From Myxococcota bacterium (GTDB lineage Bacteria; Myxococcota_A; UBA9160; UBA6930), in assembly GCA_965223415.1 (NCBI GenBank), contig OZ245002.1, positions 64,001 to 128,000 of the forward strand: DNA of 64,000 nucleotides, in the 5' to 3' direction. Shown here one piece after another: positions 54,688 through 63,737 of this stretch. The stretch's first letter is position 1, and each line of letters begins with the position of its first letter. The position numbers and the translations under genes were made by a program. The notes under the pieces are model-generated. The model saw nothing but the letters and a program-made list of their open reading frames with translations, did no database searches and was not told the DNA's origin.

Positions 54688-55826
54688 TGCATGCCGCGCG
54701 CGCGCGCCACGCGCAGCAGCTCCTCCATCAGCAGGTCGGCGTCTCCCCGCACCGCGGCATCGATGCGCTGCTCGAACAGCCCGCGGCCCTCGTTGAGCTC
54801 CTCCGCCATCGCCTGGGCGACGTCTCCTGCCTGCACGGCGGCCGCGAACTTCTCCTCGTTGTAGAGCACGATGTCCGAGACGATGATGCGCGCGAGGCGC
54901 TCGGCCTGGGCCCTCCCCTCGCTGGCAACCGGCGATGCGGCCGGGGACGGAGCGGCCGGGGACGGCGGTGCCGCCGGTGCCGAAGCGACCGGGGACCGCG
55001 GCGCGGCCGCAGTCGGGGACAACGGCGCGGCCGGGGCCGGGGAGGCCCCGGCCGACGCCTCGCGGGCTGCGGGGGCATCCGGCGGCGGCACCTCGCGAGC
55101 GCGAGGCGCATCCCGCGGCGGATCGGGCGGTGCCGCGGCTTCTGACGGCTCCGGCGGTGCGGCCGCCGGGCGCGGCGCCGGACCGAGGAGGCCCATCTCC
55201 TCCAACAGCGGCATCAGGGCCTCGGGCAGGTCGGGCACCTCGAGGTAGGCATCCGCCCCGTACAGCTCCGTGGGCGAGCGCCGGTAGCGGTCCGGGTGGT
55301 GGACGGCCCCCGCCAGCACCACACGGGTTCCGCGCAGGCTCTCGTTGCGCTTGACGATCTCGCAGATCTGGAATCCGAACATCTTCGGCAGGTCCGCGGC
55401 CAGCACCACGGCGGTGGGCCGCTGTCGCTGGATCTCGAGCATCGCGTCAACGCCGTCGAAGACCACCGCCGGACGCAGCCCGCGCTCCACGAGCGCAGCG
55501 GCCGTGCGCTTCGCGAGCTCCGCATCCGGCATGGCGACGATCACCTGGGCGGGCGCGGACTCGTCGTTTTCGTGCGCGGGCCCGCGCTCGGCGGAGCGGC
55601 CCTCGCTCGCCGCCGCGGAAGGCGCGGCCCGGCTCGCCTGGGGTGCGGGCTGGGTCGGCTCCGCCGCCGGGGGCGCGACCTTCGGAGCCGCGGCCACCGC
55701 CGGGGACGGCGCGCGCACGCGGAAGACGGACTGGCATCGGGAGCAGCGCAGACGAGCGCCGCCCTCGCCGAGCTTCTCCCGGTCGATGCGGTAGCGGGCT
55801 GCGCATTTCGGACACGCCGCGATCAT
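54684..55826 (-). CDS. Zinc-ribbon (MJ0042-type) plus pseudo-receiver protein with Pro/Ala-rich linkers
   Basis: CPKC..CSRC; receiver-like segment lacking the phosphoacceptor Asp (VVLAADLP); C-terminal ERLARIIVSDIVLYN helix. Confidence 0.8.
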   Translation of the reverse strand: MIAACPKCAARYRIDREKLGEGGARLRCSRCQSVFRVRAPSPAVAAAPKVAPPAAEPTQPAPQASRAAPSAAASEGRSAERGPAHENDESAPAQVIVAMPDAELAKRTAAALVERGLRPAVVFDGVDAMLEIQRQRPTAVVLAADLPKMFGFQICEIVKRNESLRGTRVVLAGAVHHPDRYRRSPTELYGADAYLEVPDLPEALMPLLEEMGLLGPAPRPAAAPPEPSEAAAPPDPPRDAPRAREVPPPDAPAAREASAGASPAPAAPLSPTAAAPRSPVASAPAAPPSPAAPSPAASPVASEGRAQAERLARIIVSDIVLYNEEKFAAAVQAGDVAQAMAEELNEGRGLFEQRIDAAVRGDADLLMEELLRVARARGMQ

Positions 55827-55842
55827 GTTGTTCTCCTGCCCT

Positions 55843-58422
55843 TCATTGGATGCGGAACCTCTGGACGTCGTCCCGCAGGACGGACGCCTGTTCGCTCAGC
55901 TGCCGCGTCGCACCGCCGAGGCGGCGAGACGATTCCTCGTTCGAGCGGGTGCGCTCGAAGACCTGCTCCAGGAACGACACGGTCGCCCGACACGCCTCGG
56001 TCTGCTCCTGCAGGCCAGCGTGGATCTGGTCCACCGCCTCGCGAATGCTCTCCATGCTCTGCCGGACCCGGCCTGCGCCCCGTGACTGCTCTTCGGTCGT
56101 GCGCTGGGTCTGTTGGGCGACGTCGCGGGTGACGTGGGCGCCGCGCATCAACACCTCGTTGCCGCGCTCCTGCTCCCGACCGGCACTGCGGATCTCCTCG
56201 ACCTCGGCGTTCACCCGCTCCATCAGGCCGGCCACGTGGCGCGCGGCGCCGGCCTGCTCCCGGACCGCGTGCACGATCTCGTCGATGCGGCCGCCGGAAT
56301 CCCGGGCCGCGCCAGTGATCTCCTCCAGGGCGAGACCGGCCTCCGCGGCCAGCTGCACGCCGCTCTGGACCCGCTCGCCACCGCGGGAAATCGCATCGGT
56401 GGCGTTGGCCGTCTCGTCCTGGACGGCGCGAATCAGCGAGCCGATCTCCTTCGTGCTCGTCAGCACCCTGTCGGCGAGGTCCTTGATCTCGTCTGCGACG
56501 ACGGAGAACGAGCGTCCCTGGTCTCCCGCCTGGGCGGCGATGATCGCCGCGTTCAGCGCCAGGAGGTTCGTCTCGTCGGCCACGTCGTCGATCACGTCGA
56601 CGATCGCGCCGATCTCCGCCATGCGCCCCGCGAGGCTGCGGATCACCCCGTCGGCGGATTCGGTCGCGTCGCGAATGGCGTCCATGCCGCTGATCGTCTC
56701 GTGGACACGCTCCTGCCCGCGTTCGGAGAGCTTCACCACCTGGGCCGAGAGGAGCGCTGTCTGGGAGGCGTTCCCGTCGACGTCGCCCATGGCCGTCGCC
56801 ATCTCGGACATCGAGCTCGCCGTCTCGGAGACCGCCTGGGCCAGGCCTTCCGTGTTATTCGAGACCTGCCCGACGCTGCGGATCATCTGCTCGATCGAAC
56901 CGCTCACCTCCTCGACGTGGCTGCTGAGCGTGGTGGCGGTCTGGTTCAGCTCCTCGCTGGCGGCGCCGAGCTCGAGGATCGAGCTGCTCGCTTCCTCGAC
57001 GTTGGCGTTCAGGGCCTGAGCACTCTCGGCGATCTCGGAGACCTTGTGATTGACCGCGGCGACCTGGGCCGTCGCCTGCTCGATACCAGCGCGCTGATCC
57101 TCGGTGGCATGGGTCACCGCCTCGCCGACGGAGCCCACGTCGCCGGCGGCCCGATCGAGACCGTCGGTCGCGTTGGCCACCCGGCCGATCATCTCGCGTA
57201 GCGACGCCACCATGCGGTCGAAGGAGCGAGCCAGCGCGCCGATCTCGTCCTCGGACTCGACCACCACCTGGGTGAGGAAGTCCCCCTCGGAGACGCGCTC
57301 GGCCTGGGCGATCACCTGTGCCGTGGTCGTGCTCACGTCGCGGGCGATGAGCCGGCAGGTGACGAGAATGACGACCAGGGCCACGAGCATCAGCAGGCCG
57401 AAGGCGACCCGGGAGCTCCGCTGGCCCGCGGTGAAGGCCGTGCCCGGGGTCGAGGCGACCAGCAGCCGGCGTCCTTCCGGGTCCAGGGCCTGCCACGCGA
57501 AGCTGTGGTGGGAATCGAATCCCGTGCTGTCGCCGCGGGTTGCCACCCCGGGCCCCGCCAGCCAGCGCAGCTCGGTCGGCTGGAGGCCGTCGGACGGCCC
57601 GTCCACGATCTCGCCACGCTCCCGGTCCACGATCACGAGGTTCTCCGCCGCGGCGAAGGCCGCGCCGTTCTCGCGAAGCCGGGTCATCGCCCTCGCGTCG
57701 GTGGCGAGCTGGTCCACGGCGTAGGCCAGGTAGGCCTGCTTGACACGGACGTCCTGGGCCTCGACCGGACGCCCGGCCAGCACGTAGGAGAGCAGCAGCG
57801 CGAAGACCAGAGCGACCACCGAGACCGCCAGCATCGGCGCCGCCAGCTTCGTCGCGAGGGACACCCGCGGCATGAGCTCCGCGCGGAGCGCCCCATCGGA
57901 GAGCCGCTGGGCCCAGCGGTCGACCAGGGGAGCGATCATCCGCTTGATGGTGAAGTGCACGAAGACACAGGCGACGACCCCGCCGCTGAGGGCCGCCGCG
58001 ACGACGACCGCAGCGGAGAAGAGGGAGAGCGATTCGAGGGTCAGGGCCATGTAGGCGGTCACGAAGACGGCGGCGCCGGCCCAGGCCAGCATCGAGTCGC
58101 GAACGTCGCGGTAGGGCAGGCGCACCAGCCGCTGGAAGGCCAGCTCCAGGTCGACGCGGCCGAGCTCTCCCGCGGCGTCGGCGTCGATGACGTCGAGGAT
58201 CGGGCGCGCGAACACGCGCTGGCTCCCCTGCATCGCGAAGGTCAGTCCGATCGCGGCCAGGCCCACGCCCACTCCGAAGGCCGACCACTGCTCGGAAGTC
58301 AGGTTGAGAATCGTCGCCAGGTACGCGACGCACAGCATCGCGCCGGGGATCCCGATGAGCGACCAGAGGAGCGTGTGGCGCAAGTGAAAGGACTTGCCGC
58401 TCGCGAATACGGGCGCACTCAT
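55843..58422 (-). CDS. Methyl-accepting chemotaxis protein with about six TM helices
   Basis: HAMP (EGDF..DEIGALARSFDRM); signalling tip ETNLLALNAAIIAAQAGDQGRSFSVVADEIKDLA. Confidence 0.93.
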   Translation of the reverse strand: MSAPVFASGKSFHLRHTLLWSLIGIPGAMLCVAYLATILNLTSEQWSAFGVGVGLAAIGLTFAMQGSQRVFARPILDVIDADAAGELGRVDLELAFQRLVRLPYRDVRDSMLAWAGAAVFVTAYMALTLESLSLFSAAVVVAAALSGGVVACVFVHFTIKRMIAPLVDRWAQRLSDGALRAELMPRVSLATKLAAPMLAVSVVALVFALLLSYVLAGRPVEAQDVRVKQAYLAYAVDQLATDARAMTRLRENGAAFAAAENLVIVDRERGEIVDGPSDGLQPTELRWLAGPGVATRGDSTGFDSHHSFAWQALDPEGRRLLVASTPGTAFTAGQRSSRVAFGLLMLVALVVILVTCRLIARDVSTTTAQVIAQAERVSEGDFLTQVVVESEDEIGALARSFDRMVASLREMIGRVANATDGLDRAAGDVGSVGEAVTHATEDQRAGIEQATAQVAAVNHKVSEIAESAQALNANVEEASSSILELGAASEELNQTATTLSSHVEEVSGSIEQMIRSVGQVSNNTEGLAQAVSETASSMSEMATAMGDVDGNASQTALLSAQVVKLSERGQERVHETISGMDAIRDATESADGVIRSLAGRMAEIGAIVDVIDDVADETNLLALNAAIIAAQAGDQGRSFSVVADEIKDLADRVLTSTKEIGSLIRAVQDETANATDAISRGGERVQSGVQLAAEAGLALEEITGAARDSGGRIDEIVHAVREQAGAARHVAGLMERVNAEVEEIRSAGREQERGNEVLMRGAHVTRDVAQQTQRTTEEQSRGAGRVRQSMESIREAVDQIHAGLQEQTEACRATVSFLEQVFERTRSNEESSRRLGGATRQLSEQASVLRDDVQRFRIQ

Positions 58423-58913
58423 GAGGCGGGCTCCTCCACGATGAGCGGGCTCGAGCGGTAGACGCTTTCCAGGATGTGCTCCAGGGAGAGCACCATCACC
58501 GGCGGGGCTCCCTCGCGGCGCACCACGGCCCGCACCGCGTCGTATCCAGAGTGGGTGGCCAGGGCCGGAGGCTCCTCGACGGAGGCGGCGCTGGCCGAGA
58601 AGACGTCGACGGCTGCGTCCACACGCAAGCCGAAGACGAGCTCGTCGATCTCGACCACGGCGATCCTGGCCGCGTCGCCGCTCGCTGCGCGCCCGCGCGA
58701 GAGCGCCCGGCCCAGGTCGACGACCGGAATCACCTTGCCCCGGAGGTCGATCACGCCCTCGATCAGCTCCGGCGCCTTGGGAAGGGGCGTCACTTCCTGG
58801 CTGCGGACGATCTCGCGGATCTGCAGCACGTCGACGCCGTACAGCTGATCGGCGATCTCGAAGCAGGCCAGCTCCACCTGCGCCTCGTGGGTCGTGAGAG
58901 CATTAGTCGCCAA
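58419..58913 (-). CDS. cheW: CheW adaptor
   Basis: YGVDVLQIREI, TPLPKAPELIEGVIDLRGKVIPVVDL, GLRVDA; TTG start inferred. Confidence 0.9.
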   Translation of the reverse strand: MATNALTTHEAQVELACFEIADQLYGVDVLQIREIVRSQEVTPLPKAPELIEGVIDLRGKVIPVVDLGRALSRGRAASGDAARIAVVEIDELVFGLRVDAAVDVFSASAASVEEPPALATHSGYDAVRAVVRREGAPPVMVLSLEHILESVYRSSPLIVEEPAS

Positions 58914-59403
58914 CGTCCAACACCTTCTCCAGGTCGAGCAGGGACACGAAGTCTCCGCCTTCCTCACACAACTCGGACACGAACTCGGACTCGCCGCTCG
59001 GGGCTCCGCGAAAGGAGTCGTCGGGCACGCGCAGCACGGAGGTGACCGTGTCCACCAGGAGGCCGGCCGCCTCGTCCTCGCCGCCGCGTAGGACGATGAT
59101 CCGCGAGGTACGCTTGGGCTCACTGGGAGCGCCGCCGAGACGAAGGGACAGATCCATCACCTGCACGATCTCGCCGCGCAGGGAGATGACGCCCATGATC
59201 TCCCGCGGGACGCGGGGCACCGGCGTGATGGGGCGAAGCCGGACGATCTCGCGCACGCGTTCGACGGGCAAGGCGTAGCGCTCGCCGCCGAGACGAAAGG
59301 TGAGCAGGTCCTGCAGGACGACGCTCTCGGCGTCCTCGGCGGCGGCCGCCGCTGCGCGGGCGAGCAGGTCCCACGAGCCACCCTGGGCCACGCTGCTGCT
59401 CAT
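58903..59403 (-). CDS. cheW: CheW adaptor
   Basis: FRLGGERYAL, TPVPRVP..MGVISLRGEIVQVMDL, GLLVD. Confidence 0.92.
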   Translation of the reverse strand: MSSSVAQGGSWDLLARAAAAAAEDAESVVLQDLLTFRLGGERYALPVERVREIVRLRPITPVPRVPREIMGVISLRGEIVQVMDLSLRLGGAPSEPKRTSRIIVLRGGEDEAAGLLVDTVTSVLRVPDDSFRGAPSGESEFVSELCEEGGDFVSLLDLEKVLDVGD

Positions 59404-61481
59404 GCTTCACTCCTGCGGCCGACGTCCTCGACCAGGGCGGAGACGTCGAGCACCAGTACGGCGCCCTGGTCGCCGAGCTCCGTCGCCCCCGCGATTCCGC
59501 GAACGCTTCGCACCGGGCCCTGGATCGGCTTGATGACCGTGTCCTGCTGTCCCTCGAGCCGGTCCACGAGGAGGCCCATGCGCGCATCGCCCATGCCGAG
59601 CACCACCACGTACACCTTGCCGACGCTGGCGTCCTCGGAGAGGGCGAACTCGCGACCCAGCCGCCGAAGGGCCAGGGGCTCGCCGCGGAGGTTCAGGATC
59701 TCGTGGCCTTCGCTGCTCTGGATCTCGGCGGGATCCACGAGCAGGGTCTCCCGCACGGAGTTGAGCGGAACCGCGAAGCGGTGCCCGCCGACGCCGACCA
59801 CCAACGCCTGGATGATCGCGAGGGTGATCGGGAGGGTGATCGTGAAGGTCGTCCCCTCGCCCGGTCGCGACTCCACGTCGACGACCCCGCCGAGGGACGC
59901 GATGTTCGAGCGCACGACGTCCATGCCGACGCCTCGGCCGCTCGTCTCGGTCACGGCGCCGCGGGTCGAGAGGCCCGGGTGGAAGATCAGCTCGAGGGTC
60001 TCGCGCTCGGGCGGATACTCACCGCGGCGCACCAGGCCCTGCTCCCGGGCGCGGTCGAGGACGCTCTCGGTATCGATGCCCCGCCCGTCGTCGGAGACGG
60101 CGATCACCACGTCGTTGCCGCGCTGACTCGCCTCGAGGCGGATCGTGCCGAGCGCCTCCTTGCCAGCGGCCACCCGCTCGGATGCGGGCTCGATCGCGTG
60201 GTCGAAGGCATTCCTCACCAGGTGCATCAGCGGGTCGACCAGCTCCTCGACGATCAGCTTGTCGAGCTCGGTATCGGCGCCGCGGACCTCCAGGGACACC
60301 TCCTTGCGCAGATCGAGACGCAGCCGCCTCACGACGCGTGCGAGCTTGTCGAAGACCTGGCGCAGCGGGACCATCCGCACCTCGAGCACGCCGGCTTGCA
60401 GCTCCTCGAGCTTGCGCTCGAGGCCGCGGTGGATCTTGCCGAGCTCGGCGCCGGCGCGGGCCGTCTCGGGATCGCTCGACAGGCCCTCGACGAGTCGCTT
60501 CACGGCGCCCTTGTGCAGCGCGAGCTCCCCGACCAGGTTCATCAGCTCGTCGAGCTTGCGGATGTCGACCCGCACGGTGCCGCTGATCGACTTGAGCGAG
60601 GCGGGCTCGGCGGGAGCGGCGCCCTCCCGTTGCAGCGGGCCGGCGATCCGCTCCGGCTCGACCCGCGGCGCCGCGGCGCCGGCGGCCCCGGGCTCCGCCC
60701 CGCCGCCCCGGGGCGCATGGCCGATCTCCACGGCCTCGGCCGGCAGATCGAGCCGCGCGGCCAGATCGGCGGCAGGAAGATCGGTTCCGGTGAGCAGGGA
60801 GAAACGGATCTGGGAGTCCGGCGTCTCGCCGGGAGAGGGCAGCGTCGAGAGAACCTCGCCCACCTCCTTGATCGCCGCCGTCACCTCCGCGAGACCTTCT
60901 TCGAAGTGGCTGATCTCGAAATCGACGTCGACGACGTAGATGCCGCGGCCGCGCTGCAGGTTGTCGTGGAGGCGGTGCTCCTCGTACTCGGTGAGCGCCC
61001 GGAGGATCGCCGGCGCCAGCTGGAGCTCGCCCGGGTCGGTCTCGTCGGCTGCGGCATCGTCGCCACTCCAGCCCTCGATGCGCTCGAGGAGGCCCGCGAT
61101 CCGCTCGCGGGTCGCGGCTCCGATCTCGCGATCCTGGAGCTCGGCCAGGGCCTCGGCGATCACGCCGATCGCATCGTCGAACAGCGCCAGTCCGTCGGCC
61201 CCGAGGCGGATGCGTCCCATGCGCAGCCCGTCGAGCAGGTCCTCGAGGCGGTGGGCCAGCTCGCCCATGCTCTCGAGACCGAACATCCCCGACAGGCCCT
61301 TCAGCGAGTGGGCGGAGCGAAACAGGCGGTGGATCAGGTCCGGGTCGGGCTCGGCGCGGGTCTCGACGGCCTCGGCCAGCTCCGAGAGATCGTCCCGCAT
61401 GCGCTCGAGGATGTCCTCGGCCTCGGAGACGAACTCCCGCTGGGCCTTGGAGCCCGCTCCCCCCTTTCCCGATGCGGCCAC
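59400..61481 (-). CDS. cheA: Chemotaxis histidine kinase CheA
   Basis: HPt FRSAHSLKG, VRVD..KLDELMNLVGEL, HLVRNAFDH, DDGRG, SGRGVGMDVV, LPITLAI, C-terminal CheW-like domain. Confidence 0.96.
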   Translation of the reverse strand: MAASGKGGAGSKAQREFVSEAEDILERMRDDLSELAEAVETRAEPDPDLIHRLFRSAHSLKGLSGMFGLESMGELAHRLEDLLDGLRMGRIRLGADGLALFDDAIGVIAEALAELQDREIGAATRERIAGLLERIEGWSGDDAAADETDPGELQLAPAILRALTEYEEHRLHDNLQRGRGIYVVDVDFEISHFEEGLAEVTAAIKEVGEVLSTLPSPGETPDSQIRFSLLTGTDLPAADLAARLDLPAEAVEIGHAPRGGGAEPGAAGAAAPRVEPERIAGPLQREGAAPAEPASLKSISGTVRVDIRKLDELMNLVGELALHKGAVKRLVEGLSSDPETARAGAELGKIHRGLERKLEELQAGVLEVRMVPLRQVFDKLARVVRRLRLDLRKEVSLEVRGADTELDKLIVEELVDPLMHLVRNAFDHAIEPASERVAAGKEALGTIRLEASQRGNDVVIAVSDDGRGIDTESVLDRAREQGLVRRGEYPPERETLELIFHPGLSTRGAVTETSGRGVGMDVVRSNIASLGGVVDVESRPGEGTTFTITLPITLAIIQALVVGVGGHRFAVPLNSVRETLLVDPAEIQSSEGHEILNLRGEPLALRRLGREFALSEDASVGKVYVVVLGMGDARMGLLVDRLEGQQDTVIKPIQGPVRSVRGIAGATELGDQGAVLVLDVSALVEDVGRRSEA

Positions 61482-61487
61482 GGAGCG

Positions 61488-61871
61488 TCAGCCTCCACGT
61501 CCCGCGGCGAGCAGGTCGGCCACGAGGTGCTGGAGCTCCTGGGCCTCGAAGGGCTTGACCAGGTAGGCATCGGCGCCCAGCTCCAGACCCTTGGCGCGAT
61601 CCCGTTCCGAGCCCTCGGTCGAGACGATCACCAGCGGAATCGTCCGGTAGCTCTCGTTGCCCTTGACGAACGACACCAGCTCGAGGCCGTTGATGTCGGG
61701 CATGTTGATGTCCGTCAGGATCAGGTCGTAGCGCTGGCGCGGAAGCTGCCGCAGCGCCTCGAAGCCGTTCTGCGCCTCGTCGACCTTGACATCCGGATCC
61801 AGCTCCTCCAGTGCCTGCACGAGCAGGCTCCGCATGGTGCCGGAGTCCTCGACGATGAGGATGCGCGCCAA
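61488..61871 (-). CDS. cheY: Single-domain response regulator (CheY-like)
   Basis: TTG start after SD GGAGG; ILIVEDS, LTDINMP, VSTE, YLVKPF. Confidence 0.9.
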   Translation of the reverse strand: MARILIVEDSGTMRSLLVQALEELDPDVKVDEAQNGFEALRQLPRQRYDLILTDINMPDINGLELVSFVKGNESYRTIPLVIVSTEGSERDRAKGLELGADAYLVKPFEAQELQHLVADLLAAGRGG

Positions 61872-61914
61872 CCCCGTCCTCCCCGGGCCCAGAAGACCCA
61901 CCGGTGTGAGCCTG

Positions 61915-61942
61915 GCATCGGCGACGGCAGGGGATTTCTTGA
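61915..61942 (-). promoter_or_regulatory. Sigma-28 (FliA/WhiG)-like promoter candidate for the che operon
   Basis: TCAAG-N15-GCCGATGC in the gap upstream of cheY. Confidence 0.55.
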
Positions 61943-62023
61943 GTGCGCTCGAAGGGTTCCCGGCTCCGCTGCTCCGCCGCGTGGGGTGCCTTGGAAGCGA
62001 GGGCGATCCACCCCGCGACCGGG

Positions 62024-63619
62024 CTAGGCGGGCTCTTCGAGGGCCCGTTCGAGGGCGGCGCGGTCCAGCGCCAGGCCCGCGTGATGGAGGACCACCTCGA
62101 GGGCGGCAGTGTCCGGCAGGGGATCCGCGTCCGGCAGCATGTCGCCGTAGACCAGCGCGACGACCCGGTCGGCACTCTCGATCGGCGCGAGCCAGGCCTC
62201 GAGCGGCGTCTCGACGCCGAGCCGCGCCGCCAGCCCGCCCGCATCCTCGTCGCCGCGGAGGCACACGGGGGCGCGGTGCTCGATCACCTTGCGCAGGTCC
62301 GGGCACTCGGAGACGTGGGCCGCAACCTGCACGATGGCGGCGTCATCCGGGCCACCGGCGGCGGGCAGACCGCTCTGGGCGATCCCCTGCACCTCCTCGT
62401 CGCGGATCACGAACAGTGCGACGCGCCGGAAGATGCGACCGGCGAACTCCATCACGCGCGGCAGCACCTCGCCGCTGGCGGCCGATTCCCGTAGCCGCGC
62501 GCTCATGTCGCGCAGGTCCTCGACGGCCGGCGCCAGATCGGGGAGCCGGGGAGCCTCCCGGCCGACCGCCTCCATGAGGCCGCCGACCAGCTCCTGGCCC
62601 AGACGCTGCCGGGCCGGTGCGGCCCGCGGATCCGCCAGCTGGCTCGCCGCCGGCTTCGAGAGGCGCCCGTGGGTGCGCGCCTCGAGGCCCGCCGCGACCG
62701 GCCGGCCGACCTGCTCGAGCATCAGGATGCGCATCTGCGGCGCCTGTCGGGCGAGGCGCTCGACCATCTCGGCCGGCGAGCGCGCGCCGGACACCGGATC
62801 GGGATGGCTGTCGGTGGAGAGCACCACGAGCGGGACCTCCCCGCGCCGCAGGTACTGGCGGATGCGACCGACGCCCTGGTCGGTGTTCTGGAACAGGTGG
62901 GCCGGTCCGGACTGATCGGAAAGCGCGTCGCGCACCCACTCGATCACCGCGAGATCGGGATCGACCAGGACCAGGGGCGGCAGCGGGGGAGGCGGCCCGT
63001 CGATGAGATCGACGGCCGCCGGGGACGCAGCAGGCCGCTCGGGCTCGGCGGCGTGAGGCGTCTCCGTCACCGGCTGCGCGGCCTCCGGGGCGTCTTCGAT
63101 CGGCTCGAGCTCGACCGGCGCCGCCGGCGCCTCGAACGGGTCTGCCGCCTGGTCGGACGATGTCGGCTCCGCGACGACGGTTCCCCGGCCGCCGAGCCCG
63201 GCGGCGAACTCGTCGGCCTGCCGGGTGCCCTCGAGCGCGAGGAACTGAGGGTTCAGGCCGGGATCCAGGGTGAGGCCATCCGGCTCGTGAGGGGAGGCGT
63301 CACCCACCTCGAAGCTGAACTCGCCGGTCGGCCAGGTGAACATCTGGAGCACGCAGCCTTCGACGTGCTCGTGGACCGCGGTCTCGACGTCCTCCGCCGA
63401 GGCCGCCGGCGGCGGCGCCAGCCCGCGCTGCTCGAGGAGCTCGGACAGCCGCAGCGGGCCTCCGCGCACGGCAGCGGAACGGATGCGGCCCTGGTCGAAG
63501 AGGATCTTGCCCTCGCCGCCCTCCGCGCGCAGGACGAGGACACCGGACTTCCCGGAGAGACTGATGATCTGCAGGATGTCGCCGAGGCCCAGATCCTCGA
63601 GGCTGCCGACCAGGCTCAT
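62024..63619 (-). CDS. DUF4388 plus degenerate receiver plus GAF-like domain protein
   Basis: MSLVGSLEDLGLGDILQIISLSGKSGVL, WPTGEFSF, LALEGTRQADE; LVLVDPD receiver-like segment; LAPIESADRVVALVYGD. Confidence 0.8.
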   Translation of the reverse strand: MSLVGSLEDLGLGDILQIISLSGKSGVLVLRAEGGEGKILFDQGRIRSAAVRGGPLRLSELLEQRGLAPPPAASAEDVETAVHEHVEGCVLQMFTWPTGEFSFEVGDASPHEPDGLTLDPGLNPQFLALEGTRQADEFAAGLGGRGTVVAEPTSSDQAADPFEAPAAPVELEPIEDAPEAAQPVTETPHAAEPERPAASPAAVDLIDGPPPPLPPLVLVDPDLAVIEWVRDALSDQSGPAHLFQNTDQGVGRIRQYLRRGEVPLVVLSTDSHPDPVSGARSPAEMVERLARQAPQMRILMLEQVGRPVAAGLEARTHGRLSKPAASQLADPRAAPARQRLGQELVGGLMEAVGREAPRLPDLAPAVEDLRDMSARLRESAASGEVLPRVMEFAGRIFRRVALFVIRDEEVQGIAQSGLPAAGGPDDAAIVQVAAHVSECPDLRKVIEHRAPVCLRGDEDAGGLAARLGVETPLEAWLAPIESADRVVALVYGDMLPDADPLPDTAALEVVLHHAGLALDRAALERALEEPA

Positions 63620-63710
63620 GCGCTCCCCACCTCGCGGCAGCTCGCGGACGCGGGCCTCCCGCGCCGCGAGACCGCCTCGACGACGAAATCCTCCGACGAA
63701 ACCGTAGAAT

Positions 63711-63737
63711 CCATCGGCCGACCCGGAGGGGACTTGA
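63711..63737 (-). promoter_or_regulatory. Sigma-28 (FliA/WhiG)-like promoter candidate for the DUF4388 gene
   Basis: TCAAG-N14-GCCGATGG, with consensus spacing. Confidence 0.6.
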
